Source of the DNA: an uncultured Bacteroidales bacterium
GTDB taxonomy: Bacteria > Bacteroidota > Bacteroidia > Bacteroidales > UBA7960
Assembly (NCBI GenBank): GCA_964453995.1
Contig: CAYVQC010000007.1
Coordinates: forward strand, 16,815 to 80,814
DNA length: 64,000 nucleotides
Direction of reading: 5' to 3'
Below, one piece after another: positions 50,201 through 57,171 of this stretch (positions within the stretch are counted from its first letter, which is position 1; each line of letters starts with the position of its first letter). Under the pieces are notes generated by a model, which saw nothing but the letters and a program-made list of their open reading frames with translations, made no database searches and had not been told where the DNA came from. The position numbers and the translations under genes were made by a program.

Positions 50201-53200
50201 GACTCGCCTCATTGATGATAATTTCTTCAGAAATGGTATTACAAGAGTTGGCATCGTTTACTCTTACATACCAGCTTCCTGCGGCAAGATTTTCAAATAT
50301 TTGGGCGTCGGTATTGTTGGCAACGGTCGTAGCCACTACATTAAGTCCGGCATCCAGCAGTTCGTAGGTAAATGGCGCAGTACCGCTGCTCACCGATACC
50401 GTGATGGAACCGGTTTCTGTACCTGCGCACAATACATCGGTAACATTCTCTACCAGTAGTTCTGGTCCGGCATCAATGGTGATATCAAGACTGGTTTCAT
50501 TGTAGCAAAAGATGGAACCATTGGAGGTAATAATTTCTATTCCATACCTGAATTCTATGGTATAGGTTCCTGGTACACTTTGTCCGGGGAAGATCTCTCC
50601 GGTGGTCTGGTTAATGATCAAGCCTTCTGGATCCGAACCATCATCGGTAGTAACTGTAAAAACCTGGTCTACGATAGTTTCTTCGGTGGTGATGATGGGC
50701 AAATACCCAGTGTCGGGCGTTTGACAGAAGCTATCGGCAATGTAGGCAAAAGAAGCTTCGGGAAGTGCATGGATGGTAAGGGTTACCTGTACCCGTTCAC
50801 TTTCGCATTCTCCGATAACCGATGCTGCCCAGGCAGTATATGTTCCTACAGCCGAGCCTGAGGGAGCATCAGCTGTTTGTAATCCGCTTTGGTTGGCGTA
50901 CCAGGCAATGGTTGCACCTTCTGGTGGAACTGCAGAGGCCTGGTAGGTATTTCCATCGAAACAGTAATCTTCGTTAATGGCCTGGGGAGCTTCAGGGTTT
51001 TCCAGGATGGTGAGGGTAACTTCAACCCTGTCACTTTCACAGCTTCCAATTCTTGCGGCTGCCCATGCGGTATAAACCCCTGGTTCAGAGGCAGAGGGAG
51101 CATTGGAAAGATCATCGCCTGTTTCAGAGGTATACCATATCAATTCGGCGTCGGGTTCTACGGTGGCACTGGCTGTATATACACTTCCGTTGAAGCAGTC
51201 GATAATATTTACTGGTACGGGTGGAGCAGGTGCCTCAATAATGCTCAGAGACACCTCCTCGCGTTCGCTGAGACAGCCTTCGGGAGATTGTGATGCGACC
51301 CAAACTGTATAGCTTCCCACCTCTGATTCTGAAGGCGTTGGGATCTCATTGCCACCAACAGGGGCGTCGTACCAAATCAGGGTGGCATTTACAGGGGCCA
51401 CAACATTGAAAAAGTGCTCCTGTCCATCGAAGCAAACTTCTGAATTTTCAGCCAATGGAGTTGCAGGTGCAGCAAGGATGGTAACTGATGTAGATGCAGA
51501 ACCTGCGCATTCACCTTCGGTATAGTTGTAAAACACTTCATATGTTCCCGGCAAGCTGTTTTCCAGGTCGATATCTCCGGTAACGGAGTCAACAATAAGA
51601 TCTTCACTGCTGGCAACAAACTCATGTCCTGAAGTATAATGAACGGTTACTGTCCAGGTACCGTTATCCACCCAAGTGCTGGTATTGCTACACCCTCCCA
51701 GTGTGGGGAATGCTCTCCATGCATGGAGTTCGAATACAAGGTCGCCGCCTCCGGTAACGCCATTGGCAATATCGAGGCCGGTCCTGTTGTAGGTGTAAGA
51801 TCCTGTACTATTGATGAAACCGTACGTGATCACGCTTTCGGCAGTACCACCAGGAGAAACGCAACGCAACTGGCTGCGTTGGTCAATGATTCTGGATACA
51901 CCGCTTGAAGTCATGCTGTAGGATACATCTACTGCTGTAACGACAGCGTTGGCAGGAACAGATACCACGAGGGTGCCGGGACAGGAAGAGTCATCACCAG
52001 GCATGGGCTGGGCTTTTACATCAGTGCTGATACGGCCCATAACATATGTATTATCTGATGAATTCAATACCTGTCCGTTGATGGTTACCGGGGCTGTCCC
52101 TCCAACCTGCTGACAGTAAGGGCTTTCGTCGTAAGATATGGTGACACTGGAAAGTTCTCCCAGCACAACCGTGGTTTGGGCAACTGCAGTGCAGGTGCCG
52201 TCGGTATATTCATAAGAAACGGTATAATTACCGTTGCTGCTGTTGGTTAAGTTGATGGTTCCTGTTGTGGGGTCAATATCGAGCCCTGCCGGAGATGCGG
52301 AAAAAGTACCTCCCGGAAAACCATCCAGGGTTACATCTGCGGTACCGTCGCCACAAAATGGGGAGCCGGGATATGTGATTGTGGCAAGGGGACCTTGGTC
52401 AATAGTGACATCGGTGGATTGAAATCCACCGTCATTATCAGAGACTTCCACATTATAGTTGCCAGCAGCCAGGTCAGGGATGGAAAAGGTTGTAAGATTG
52501 GTTCCTGTTTCAGAAAAAACAACATTACCATCAGGTACCGTGGTAATCTGTACATCGTAGGGTTGAGTTCCCGATAAGATCTCAATGTCAATGGCTCCGT
52601 TATTTTCTCCTCCACATGTTGCGGTGGTTGTGATGTTTAGTGACAGCACAGGATTGGTAGCCAAAGACCTGTTTTGATTTACAAAACAACCATTTGCATC
52701 GGTCACCCTTATATTGTAGATGCCTTCAGAAAGATTTGAAAATGTGTGTGTAGTTGAAGGATCAGGGCCAAAAATCGTTTCTCCTCCGAGTTCATCGGTA
52801 AGAACATAGAGAAAGGGAGCCTGGCCGGCAGAAACATTTATTTCAATGGCACCATCAGATCCACCCGGGGTTGAAGGGTTTGTAAGGTTGGATGTAAAGT
52901 CTGGGTTTGCATTAAACGTAATCAGCACATCATCGGCATCAGAGCAACCATTGTTTACTTCTGTCCAGGTGAATGTGTAAGTGCCTGGCAGATCAACAGT
53001 AACCTCGGCATTGGGGTCATTGATATTGCTGAAGGAGGCCGAACCAGGACCTGAAGCTGTCCAGGTGCCCGTTCCAAAACTCTGGGTGGCATTCAATTCA
53101 TAACTGTTTCCGCATTGCTGGTCGTCGCTGCCCGCATTGGTTTGCGGATTGTCCGTATTGCTAACAGTTATGGTTTGGCTGGTAAAGCAGCCGTTGTCAT

Positions 53201-53774
53201 CGGTAAGGGTATAAGAGAGTTCATAATCCCCACCCTCTGGGCTGTTGAAAATCGGGTTTTCAATAGTGGGATCATTTAAAAATGCTGCACCAGCGCCACT
53301 CCAAAGGTGTGTATAGGGTGGTGTTCCCCCCGAAGCATTGCCGGAAAGTTGCAAATCATTCCCACTGCATGTCTGAGCCGGATCTGGTGCTATGGAAACA
53401 GCCACCGCACTGGAGGGTTGGTTCACAATGGCATTTCCGCTCACATTGTTCCCAAGCGAATCAGATATATCTATCAGGTAGCTTGTGGCAGTAATGGGAA
53501 AGTTGCCGGGAAAAGTTACCGTTGTTTCATTGCTGATGATCTGATCAAAAGCAAATGGAAGCCTGATCCAGGTATAAGTGTAGGGTGGCTGGCCTCCCTG
53601 GATCGTGATGGTAATTGAACCGTCATTTCCATTCAAACAGGAAACATCCTCAGTAGTAATGGAAGCTATGGATAAGCTTCCCTGAGCCAGGATATTACCT
53701 GAAAAAAGAATGAATAGGCAAATGATTGTGAGATTGCGTAGATTCAGGCTCATGATGTTGTATTTTAGTTTCAA
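41253..53774 (-). CDS. Giant (4173 aa) secreted cell-surface repeat protein with SprB-type repeats, Ig-like modules and a T9SS type-B C-terminal sorting domain
   Basis: The ORF is uninterrupted for 12.5 kb. The signal peptide is LRNLTIICLFILFSGNILAQ. Many motifs of the form C.(N/A)G..(D/T)G.I.....GG..P(Y/F).Y (SprB repeat) are present. The C-terminus is LPNAFTPDEDGINDIF...IFNRWGQKVYEG..GWNGTFNGRKVSPGTYYYLL...GSVTVILK. Confidence 0.9.
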   Translation of the reverse strand: MKLKYNIMSLNLRNLTIICLFILFSGNILAQGSLSIASITTEDVSCLNGNDGSITITIQGGQPPYTYTWIRLPFAFDQIISNETTVTFPGNFPITATSYLIDISDSLGNNVSGNAIVNQPSSAVAVSIAPDPAQTCSGNDLQLSGNASGGTPPYTHLWSGAGAAFLNDPTIENPIFNSPEGGDYELSYTLTDDNGCFTSQTITVSNTDNPQTNAGSDDQQCGNSYELNATQSFGTGTWTASGPGSASFSNINDPNAEVTVDLPGTYTFTWTEVNNGCSDADDVLITFNANPDFTSNLTNPSTPGGSDGAIEINVSAGQAPFLYVLTDELGGETIFGPDPSTTHTFSNLSEGIYNIRVTDANGCFVNQNRSLATNPVLSLNITTTATCGGENNGAIDIEILSGTQPYDVQITTVPDGNVVFSETGTNLTTFSIPDLAAGNYNVEVSDNDGGFQSTDVTIDQGPLATITYPGSPFCGDGTADVTLDGFPGGTFSASPAGLDIDPTTGTINLTNSSNGNYTVSYEYTDGTCTAVAQTTVVLGELSSVTISYDESPYCQQVGGTAPVTINGQVLNSSDNTYVMGRISTDVKAQPMPGDDSSCPGTLVVSVPANAVVTAVDVSYSMTSSGVSRIIDQRSQLRCVSPGGTAESVITYGFINSTGSYTYNRTGLDIANGVTGGGDLVFELHAWRAFPTLGGCSNTSTWVDNGTWTVTVHYTSGHEFVASSEDLIVDSVTGDIDLENSLPGTYEVFYNYTEGECAGSASTSVTILAAPATPLAENSEVCFDGQEHFFNVVAPVNATLIWYDAPVGGNEIPTPSESEVGSYTVWVASQSPEGCLSEREEVSLSIIEAPAPPVPVNIIDCFNGSVYTASATVEPDAELIWYTSETGDDLSNAPSASEPGVYTAWAAARIGSCESDRVEVTLTILENPEAPQAINEDYCFDGNTYQASAVPPEGATIAWYANQSGLQTADAPSGSAVGTYTAWAASVIGECESERVQVTLTIHALPEASFAYIADSFCQTPDTGYLPIITTEETIVDQVFTVTTDDGSDPEGLIINQTTGEIFPGQSVPGTYTIEFRYGIEIITSNGSIFCYNETSLDITIDAGPELLVENVTDVLCAGTETGSITVSVSSGTAPFTYELLDAGLNVVATTVANNTDAQIFENLAAGSWYVRVNDANSCNTISEEIIINEASPITIDPGSVSSTDVSCFNGTDGQISFTATGGTGELSYSLLQGGSVVFGPQDSGTFTGLAAGTYDLQVEDEAGCIFDYSESITISQPNAIVLNVAANPDIACENDEATIEASATEGVAPYSFTLWLGGTQVGGPVAANADELIQFTGLTQSGEYTVSVQDANNCTTEQTITISTPVLITVFDITSDPASGEFCEGDDGVTLGLSGSETGIQYQLLRGSTVVETLTGTGNALNFGTFTENGTYTVLATETISGCTRDMNGSIDVVTLPTPVVEISTFDPVDYCANDIISTFITASPGFSSYQWYRNDQIIAGATAANYNAEEAGTYTVWVEDANGCTAVSDSITITTYELPTATFSYESNEFCESIDPSTGYLPIIVTEDVIMDQVFTITNSIPADAELIINQSTGEIFPGQSTAGTFTILYRYGSSISTGPGVDDFILCYNEYEIDITINPSPEISIVDVDNVLCAGEATGAITVVAPGGQPPFTYELLNESLQVVATIVATNDQPVTFDLLAAGTYYIGVDDANTCTALSDEVVVSEPDAIVIDPVNLVVTQISCNGAGDGAIEVVAQGGTGELLYTLLQNGTILFENQTSGIFTGLTEGAYTIQVSDENNCSYEYPQVIDIIEPEAIAVSAAANPDITCEGDEATIEASATQGVAPYTFTLWLEGAPQGGPVSGNEGETIQFTGLTQSGDYTVRVQDTNGCTQEQIVTISVPVIIAIFDITSDPVSGEYCPENDGVILGLSGSEPNIQYQLILESNVVATLTGTGNALNFGTFTENGTYTVIATDTISGCARDMNGSIDVVTLPAPVVEISTFDPVDYCANDIISTFITATPGFSSYQWYRNDQIIAGATAANYNAEEAGTYTVWVEDANGCTAVSDSITITIYELPTATFSYESDEFCESLDPAIGFMPIVETEDVIVDQIFTVVSSQPDGAMLSMVQTTGEIFPGQSDAGTYTILYRYGSFISTGPGVDDVILCYGEYEIQITINQSPSLTVLETQDAVCAGDATGFITVAASGGQLPYTYELLDVDSNVLQTIIAETADPQTFENLGFGIYTITVTDSNSCGSTLSDPVTIDEPDPIAIDPLSLVITPVSCFGANDGQMELTANGGTGILNYYLLQNGDTLQGPVSGSASFTGLAPGSYFVAIIDEADCNIVSEELLITEPDAIVLDAITNPDMVCEGDEASIEAIATMGVAPYTFTLWFEGTQTGETLIAEEAETVIFPGLLTPGTYTVRVSDANGCQAEQQTQVSEPQQLTLFTIGSQGDSSYCMDGQGVEIVLDGSETGIDYLLFLDGTHTGSTIAGTGSAISFGLQTESGIYTIMATDSATGCQAMMNGSVEVIILPLPQVFNVTGGGDYCEGTDGVEAGLDGSQLDVDYFLLLDGTQTGISVAGTGDSISFGLLTDPGVYTVLAESSLTGCNNLMQGNATIESQPLPLVFNITGGGNYCENGAGVEIGLDSSQEDVTYYLILDNTDTIATTNGTGSAVSFGLITPAGSYTAAAEVAATGCTVAMDGEVQVGLFSLPIVYNVIGGGTFCSGEDGMEVGLDGSETGISYFLYLDGSPTGDIVDGTGDSITFGLKTLPGIYTVLAVNQDTGCESDMTGQAEIEVLPLPEVTISYDAPVFCPDGTADVVITTTATIVSGTFTADPVDGLDIDPITGTVNLANSETGTYQVQYQFTVENGCDNTATTTIEISEGPQLASITTQDLTCAGVPTGSITAEVSAGALPYAYELLDEEMNVLETFIALTTDPHTFEELAAGIYYVNVSDTNGCGNSLSDAIIIDEPDAITIDPLSFQFTNISCNGENDGQVQLTANGGSGILEYTLTSNGMPVQDTQTGSANFTGLEPGIYTIVISDEAGCTVESEEFEIIEPQEIVLSATTNPDIICAGNEATIEASATQGNAPFTFTLWFNGEQTADSLTAGEGESIFFSPITTPGTYTVRVTDANGCMKEVQTVVSEAQIFAVFNVTSLGDNTFCFDEEGVEITLDGSETGIDYILFLDGSDTGISAAGSGDTISFGIQNESGIYTVLASDPVTGCQQPMSGSVEVTVFPLPSLFTVTGGGDFCEGTEGVEVGLDGSETGVIYDLLLDGIETTLTVEGTGDSISFGLITEPGIYTISATTAAGCTNMMTGSVEVTQNPLPQASITASDLEICQDGTVTLTASGGDSYLWTAVPEYDFNGTENDPEITVILSQTTTFTLTAFNSCGSDTDEVTIQVVPTPEIDLGGEIFACQGESVILDAGAFENSTYLWSDGSTNQTLEVTESGLYWVEVTRINTTCVSYGEVNVVFHELPQALVAEDQTICAGDQVFIGMDEGLEPIPANTYLWTSEPEDSSLTDPTISNPMVSPMVTTTYTLVETYIESGCTNSNSVTITVIEATADAGPDQDICQDDSVIIGPEEVDENLLYSWTSSNPEEIFDNNIPNPVVSPQETTTYTLQVQHAELGCISNDEVVVSVNPAPNAETGPDLDICPGDVVTIGMEYNEPMPLNTYLWISEPNDESISDPTVSNPTVSPQVTTTYTLIETYVLTGCTTENSVVVTVHDYPVANVIDDRVVCVDEVINLATGSAQDGLTYSWTSVPQGFFSSDANPEVIPSLYQLDENNQITFILEVSNGFCSASASVTITVQPLPEVIIAEDMVFCSAADAQNVAIGGEAIEGYTYLWTSDQDDEFSSTEANPQVSPTETTVYTVVVTDGQTGCSATGQVVVTINDLLIVNQGNPEVCENSESAMLGTFLEIRGGVQPYQYFWTDAGGNQISNEPNPEVQAPFSTVYNLMVMDSLGCMANTSVEVMIIESPEVAIHIGNMLADDTYSIYSGQSVVFEAMPSGLDLYEFYVVDPTEEPDPDEEGNEDEKSGIPGARLVQSGAFNTWTTSELMNGQQVYVLGYAGECPGMSQVVTIVLNELPNAFTPDEDGINDIFGAGAELTIFNRWGQKVYEGTDGWNGTFNGRKVSPGTYYYLLSVYDQDNNKNTVKGSVTVILK
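45365..46437 (-). repeat. Four contiguous ~89-aa modules (about 268 bp each) of a recurring domain; eight copies in total across the gene
   Basis: The consensus is ..F.(V/I).GGG..C....GVE(V/I)GLDGSE.G(I/V).Y.L.LDG..TG....GTG(D/S).ISFGL....G.YT..A.....GC...M.G...(V/I). Confidence 0.75.
47505..47925 (-). repeat. High-identity repeat core, copy A (pairs with 49122..49542)
   Basis: My hand alignment at offset 1617 gives roughly 30 mismatches in about 420 bp (~93% identity). Flanking repeat sequence is only about 65-70% identical. Confidence 0.8.
49122..49542 (-). repeat. High-identity repeat core, copy B (pairs with 47505..47925)
   Basis: Same alignment as copy A. The encoded peptides differ at only a handful of about 140 residues. 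Confidence 0.8.
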
Positions 53775-54174
53775 TCTTTTTTTGGCTGTGATGGCAATGG
53801 CAAAATTTCCATCAGAAAAATCAATACTGGTTTGTTATTGGGATATTGATAATAATTTTCCCCGAAAACTAGAGCGTGCGTTAACTGTTAATTTGTGGTA
53901 TATGTGAAAAAAACCTAATGTTGTTGTGTTTTTTTATTTTTTTATCGATTCGCAAATGGTGATAAAAATTCTCAGAAAATATTACCATCCAAACCAAACA
54001 AAAATATACCTAAAAACCCATTTATTCAACCGCTTAACACTCAAAAGCGCCAAGTGAATCACCCGTTTTGCATAGGTAATAACACCTAGTGTGTTTTACG
54101 TGTTGTTACAGATATAAGGTGTAAAGGCTTTTACGAAAAAAAAAGGGATAGGTTATAGGGGGGCTATAAATTTT

Positions 54175-55122
54175 TTAAGAATAATAGTTATTTAAAAAAC
54201 CGACACAGTTTTTTTCAATTCTTTCGGCTATATTTTGATCTTTATATTTGAGGAATGTATGGTGGGTAATTTTCTCAAAAAGCTCAATGTAACGGTCTGA
54301 TATACTGTTGATCATTTCCTGGCTCATTATGGGTACCTGCTGGCCTGGCTGGCCACTGAAACCATTTTCCATAAGCCATTCTCTTACAAATTCTTTTGAT
54401 AGTTGCTTTTGGGGAAGATTGTTCTGCAGCCTTTCATCATATCCCTCCCTGTAAAAATACCTGGATGAATCCGGGGTATGTATCTCATCGATAAGGTAAA
54501 TTTTACCGTCTTTTTTACCAAATTCGTATTTGGTATCCACCAGGATCAGTCCTTTTTCGGCTGCCAGTTCTGATCCTCTTTGAAACAGCTGCCTGGTGTA
54601 GCGTTCAAGAATGGAATATTCCGCTTCATCAATCAACCCATTACTGATAATATCCTCTCTTGAAATATCCTCATCATGCCCCTGGTGTGCTTTGGTAGTG
54701 GGGGTAATTATGGGTTGGGGAAAGGCCTGATTTTCTTTCATCCCCTCAGGCATGGTAACACCACAAATCTGTCTTTCTCCCTTTTTGTACAATCGCCATG
54801 CATGACCTGTAAGATATCCTCTTATTACCATTTCTACCGGCAGAGGCTGACACAGGTGACCAATGGTAACCATTGGATCAGGAGTGGCAATTTTCCAGTT
54901 GGGTACAATATCTTTTGTTGCATCCAAAAAAACCGCGGCAATCTGGTTAAGCACCTGTCCTTTGTGCGGGATGCCGGCTGGCAGCACCACATCGAATGCC
55001 GAAATGCGATCGGTGGCTACCATTAAAAGGAGTTCATCGTTGATATTGTATACATCGCGAACCTTGCCCTTGTAAAAACTCTTCTGACCAGGAAAACGAA
55101 AAAGGGTAGATGTAAGTACCAT
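54175..55122 (-). CDS. purC: Phosphoribosylaminoimidazole-succinocarboxamide (SAICAR) synthase
   Basis: Motifs are [19 protein letters not shown] and [11 protein letters not shown]. The 315-aa length matches the long form. Confidence 0.9.
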   Translation of the reverse strand: MVLTSTLFRFPGQKSFYKGKVRDVYNINDELLLMVATDRISAFDVVLPAGIPHKGQVLNQIAAVFLDATKDIVPNWKIATPDPMVTIGHLCQPLPVEMVIRGYLTGHAWRLYKKGERQICGVTMPEGMKENQAFPQPIITPTTKAHQGHDEDISREDIISNGLIDEAEYSILERYTRQLFQRGSELAAEKGLILVDTKYEFGKKDGKIYLIDEIHTPDSSRYFYREGYDERLQNNLPQKQLSKEFVREWLMENGFSGQPGQQVPIMSQEMINSISDRYIELFEKITHHTFLKYKDQNIAERIEKNCVGFLNNYYS

Positions 55123-55140
55123 TATGGATTTGTATTATAA

Positions 55141-56130
55141 TTATTTTTCAATGTCTCCTTCGTAGGCTTTGATGATCTTGCTCACCAGGGGATGCCTTAC
55201 TACATCGGTTTCGTTCAGAAAAATGAAGTCAATACCTCTTACTTTGTTCAGGATGCGTGTAGCCGTAATGAGCCCTGAAGTTTGATTTCTGGGCAGGTCG
55301 ATTTGGGTAATATCTCCTGTTATAATAAATTTGGCAGATTTTCCCATTCGGGTAAGGAACATCTTTAGCTGGCTTTCGGTGGCATTTTGTGCTTCATCCA
55401 GAATGGCAAAAGCATTATCCAGTGTTCTTCCCCGCATAAAAGCCAGAGGTGCAATTTCAATGGTCTTGTCTTCGATATAGCCTTCGAGTCTTGCAGGGGG
55501 AATCATATCCCGCAATGCATCATAGAGGGGTTGCAGGTAAGGGTCGAGTTTGTCTTTAAGATCACCGGGAAGAAAACCCAGGTTTTCGCCGGCTTCCACA
55601 GCCGGGCGGGTAAGGATGATACGTCTTACTTCCTTGTTTTTCAGAGCTCTTACTGCAAGAGCCACTGCTGTGTATGTTTTTCCTGTTCCGGCCGGGCCAA
55701 TGGCAAATATCATATCATGGCTCTTGAAACTCTCAACCATGCGCACCTGATTAGGGGTACGGGCACGTATAGCCATACCATTTTTTCCATGAAGCAGTAA
55801 AGTTTGGTTTTCAGAATCAATTGCAGAGCTGGTTGTTTCACCGGGGTGAGACACAATGATCTCAAGAATGATTTCGTCTGTTACTTTGTTGAAGCGCTCA
55901 TAGTGATCAAGAATCAGGGTAAATTTTTCTGAAAAGAAACCCAGTTCTTCATCATCGCCGATTGCTTTGAGCTCATTACCCCGCAGAACCAGTTTAAGTT
56001 TAGGAAATAACTTTTTCAGCAATCTCAGGCGTTCTTCCCTGAGACCGAATATGTCTGAGGGATGGATGTTTTCAAGCAAATATGTCTTCTCTCCAAGGTT
56101 CTCCAGGCCGTTATTATCAGGATCAGTCAC
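55141..56130 (-). CDS. phoH: PhoH-like ATPase
   Basis: Walker A is GPAGTGKTYTAVALAV and Walker B is ILDEAQN. ITGDITQIDLP is also present. The gap to purC is 18 nt. Confidence 0.9.
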   Translation of the reverse strand: MTDPDNNGLENLGEKTYLLENIHPSDIFGLREERLRLLKKLFPKLKLVLRGNELKAIGDDEELGFFSEKFTLILDHYERFNKVTDEIILEIIVSHPGETTSSAIDSENQTLLLHGKNGMAIRARTPNQVRMVESFKSHDMIFAIGPAGTGKTYTAVALAVRALKNKEVRRIILTRPAVEAGENLGFLPGDLKDKLDPYLQPLYDALRDMIPPARLEGYIEDKTIEIAPLAFMRGRTLDNAFAILDEAQNATESQLKMFLTRMGKSAKFIITGDITQIDLPRNQTSGLITATRILNKVRGIDFIFLNETDVVRHPLVSKIIKAYEGDIEK

Positions 56131-56234
56131 TATGTTTTTCTTTTAATTGCACTTTTTTCTGCAAAATAACGAAATTATTCCGTTGCCTTGTGTAAAGCGG
56201 TTAAATGTTTTTACTTTTGAATGGAGGCTTTTGT

Positions 56235-56242
56235 TATTTTTG
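56235..56242 (+). promoter_or_regulatory. Candidate -7 box (TATTTTTG) for the DUF62 gene; a second match TACTTTTG lies at 56212..56219
   Basis: Both are exact TAnnTTTG matches, 46 nt and 69 nt upstream of the ATG at 56288. This argues against the long track start at 56147. Confidence 0.45.
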
Positions 56243-56287
56243 CAAGCAAAGGCACAAAAAAGTTCAATCAGGAAAAAAGCTCTGACC

Positions 56288-57067
56288 ATGACCATCATTA
56301 CCCTCATCAGCGACTGGGGCCTGAACAGCCATTATCAGGCATCTGTAAAAGGAAACATATTGCGGCAGATCCCTGATGCCCAAATCGTTGATATCACCCA
56401 CACCCTGAGGCCATACGATATAATGAATTGTAGTTTCATACTGAAAAATGCATGTCTGGATTTTCCTGAAGGAACCATTCACATTGTAGGGGTAAATACA
56501 GAAGCATCTACCAAAACACCCCACATTGTGGTAAAATACAAGGATATGTTTTTTATTGGAGCAGATAATGGTGTTTTTTCTCTTTTGCTTGAGGGGCAGG
56601 CTTTTGAAGCTGTTGAACTGGATATTATGCAGGAGACGGATTATTTCACTTTTTCTTCGAGAGACGTATTTGTAAAAGCGGCCTCTATGATTGCTTCAGG
56701 AACCCCACTTGCACAATTGGGCGCTCCGCATGCAAATCTATATCCAATGTATGCCTTCAAACCCGTAGTTAAGGACAACAAAATTGAAGGCAAGGTCATT
56801 TTTATTGATGACTATGAGAATGTTTTTGTCAATATTGATCAGGGAACCTTCAGGAAAGTAGGCCGTGGAAGGCCTTATACAATCAATTTCCGGGTACCTG
56901 GTTATGCCATCAGGACCCTTCATACCTCATATAGCGATGTGCCGGAAGGGGAGAGACTGGCATTGTTTGGATCAACCGGTTATCTTGAAATAGCCATGAA
57001 CAAAGGAAAAGCTTCAAGTCTGCTGGGATTGGGACTTACTGATCCGGTAAGTGTTGAATTCGAATGA
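56288..57067 (+). CDS. SAM hydroxide adenosyltransferase / DUF62 (chlorinase-fluorinase-like) family protein
   Basis: The preferred start is MTIITLISDWG. The sequence ITLISDWGLNSHYQASVKGNILRQIP..IVDITH parallels the TL(L/I)(T/S)D(F/W)G..D.Y....KG signature. The C-terminus contains GSTGYLEIAMNKG. Confidence 0.75.
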   Translation: MTIITLISDWGLNSHYQASVKGNILRQIPDAQIVDITHTLRPYDIMNCSFILKNACLDFPEGTIHIVGVNTEASTKTPHIVVKYKDMFFIGADNGVFSLLLEGQAFEAVELDIMQETDYFTFSSRDVFVKAASMIASGTPLAQLGAPHANLYPMYAFKPVVKDNKIEGKVIFIDDYENVFVNIDQGTFRKVGRGRPYTINFRVPGYAIRTLHTSYSDVPEGERLALFGSTGYLEIAMNKGKASSLLGLGLTDPVSVEFE

Positions 57068-57117
57068 AAATGATCTCTTCTTTTTTTTTAAAATTCTTTC
57101 ACTTACCCTATAAATAA

Positions 57118-57125
57118 TAATTTTG
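57118..57125 (+). promoter_or_regulatory. Candidate -7 box (TAATTTTG) for gldF-gldG
   Basis: Exact TAnnTTTG match, 47 nt upstream of the ATG at 57172. Confidence 0.45.
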
Positions 57126-57171
57126 CTCATTCCCGGTTTTATCAATTAATGCAAATTTTAAAAACGCATAG

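Larger units (their letters stand above)
46170..50750 (-). repeat. In-frame tandem super-repeat, period exactly 1617 bp (539 codons): two full copies plus about 0.8 of a third
   Basis: Homologous Cys codons of the (V/L)CAG motif lie at 47193, 48810 and 50427, spaced 1617 bp twice. Protein segments (A/S)(T/S)F(S/A)Y... and ...P(F/Y)TYELL(D/N) recur. A diverged fourth copy has its landmark at 45069. Confidence 0.85.

Noticed and set aside
46170-50750. Whether the tandem DNA repeats are a CRISPR array, satellite or mobile-element repeat
   Set aside because: The period is 1617 bp, there is no short repeat/spacer structure, and the repeats are in-frame coding sequence of one protein.
41359-53907. 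More than 50 short ORFs (60-208 aa) in other frames and on both strands inside the giant gene
   Set aside because: All lie within the single uninterrupted 12.5-kb minus-strand ORF, which has coherent repeat and domain structure. Their translations are low in complexity (Pro/Ser/Cys-rich). Several occur as near-duplicate pairs only because the underlying DNA is repeated.
56147-56287. N-terminal extension of the DUF62-family ORF (track start at 56147)
   Set aside because: The extension has no homology-like features and overlaps two exact TAnnTTTG promoter boxes. The family signature starts right after the ATG at 56288.
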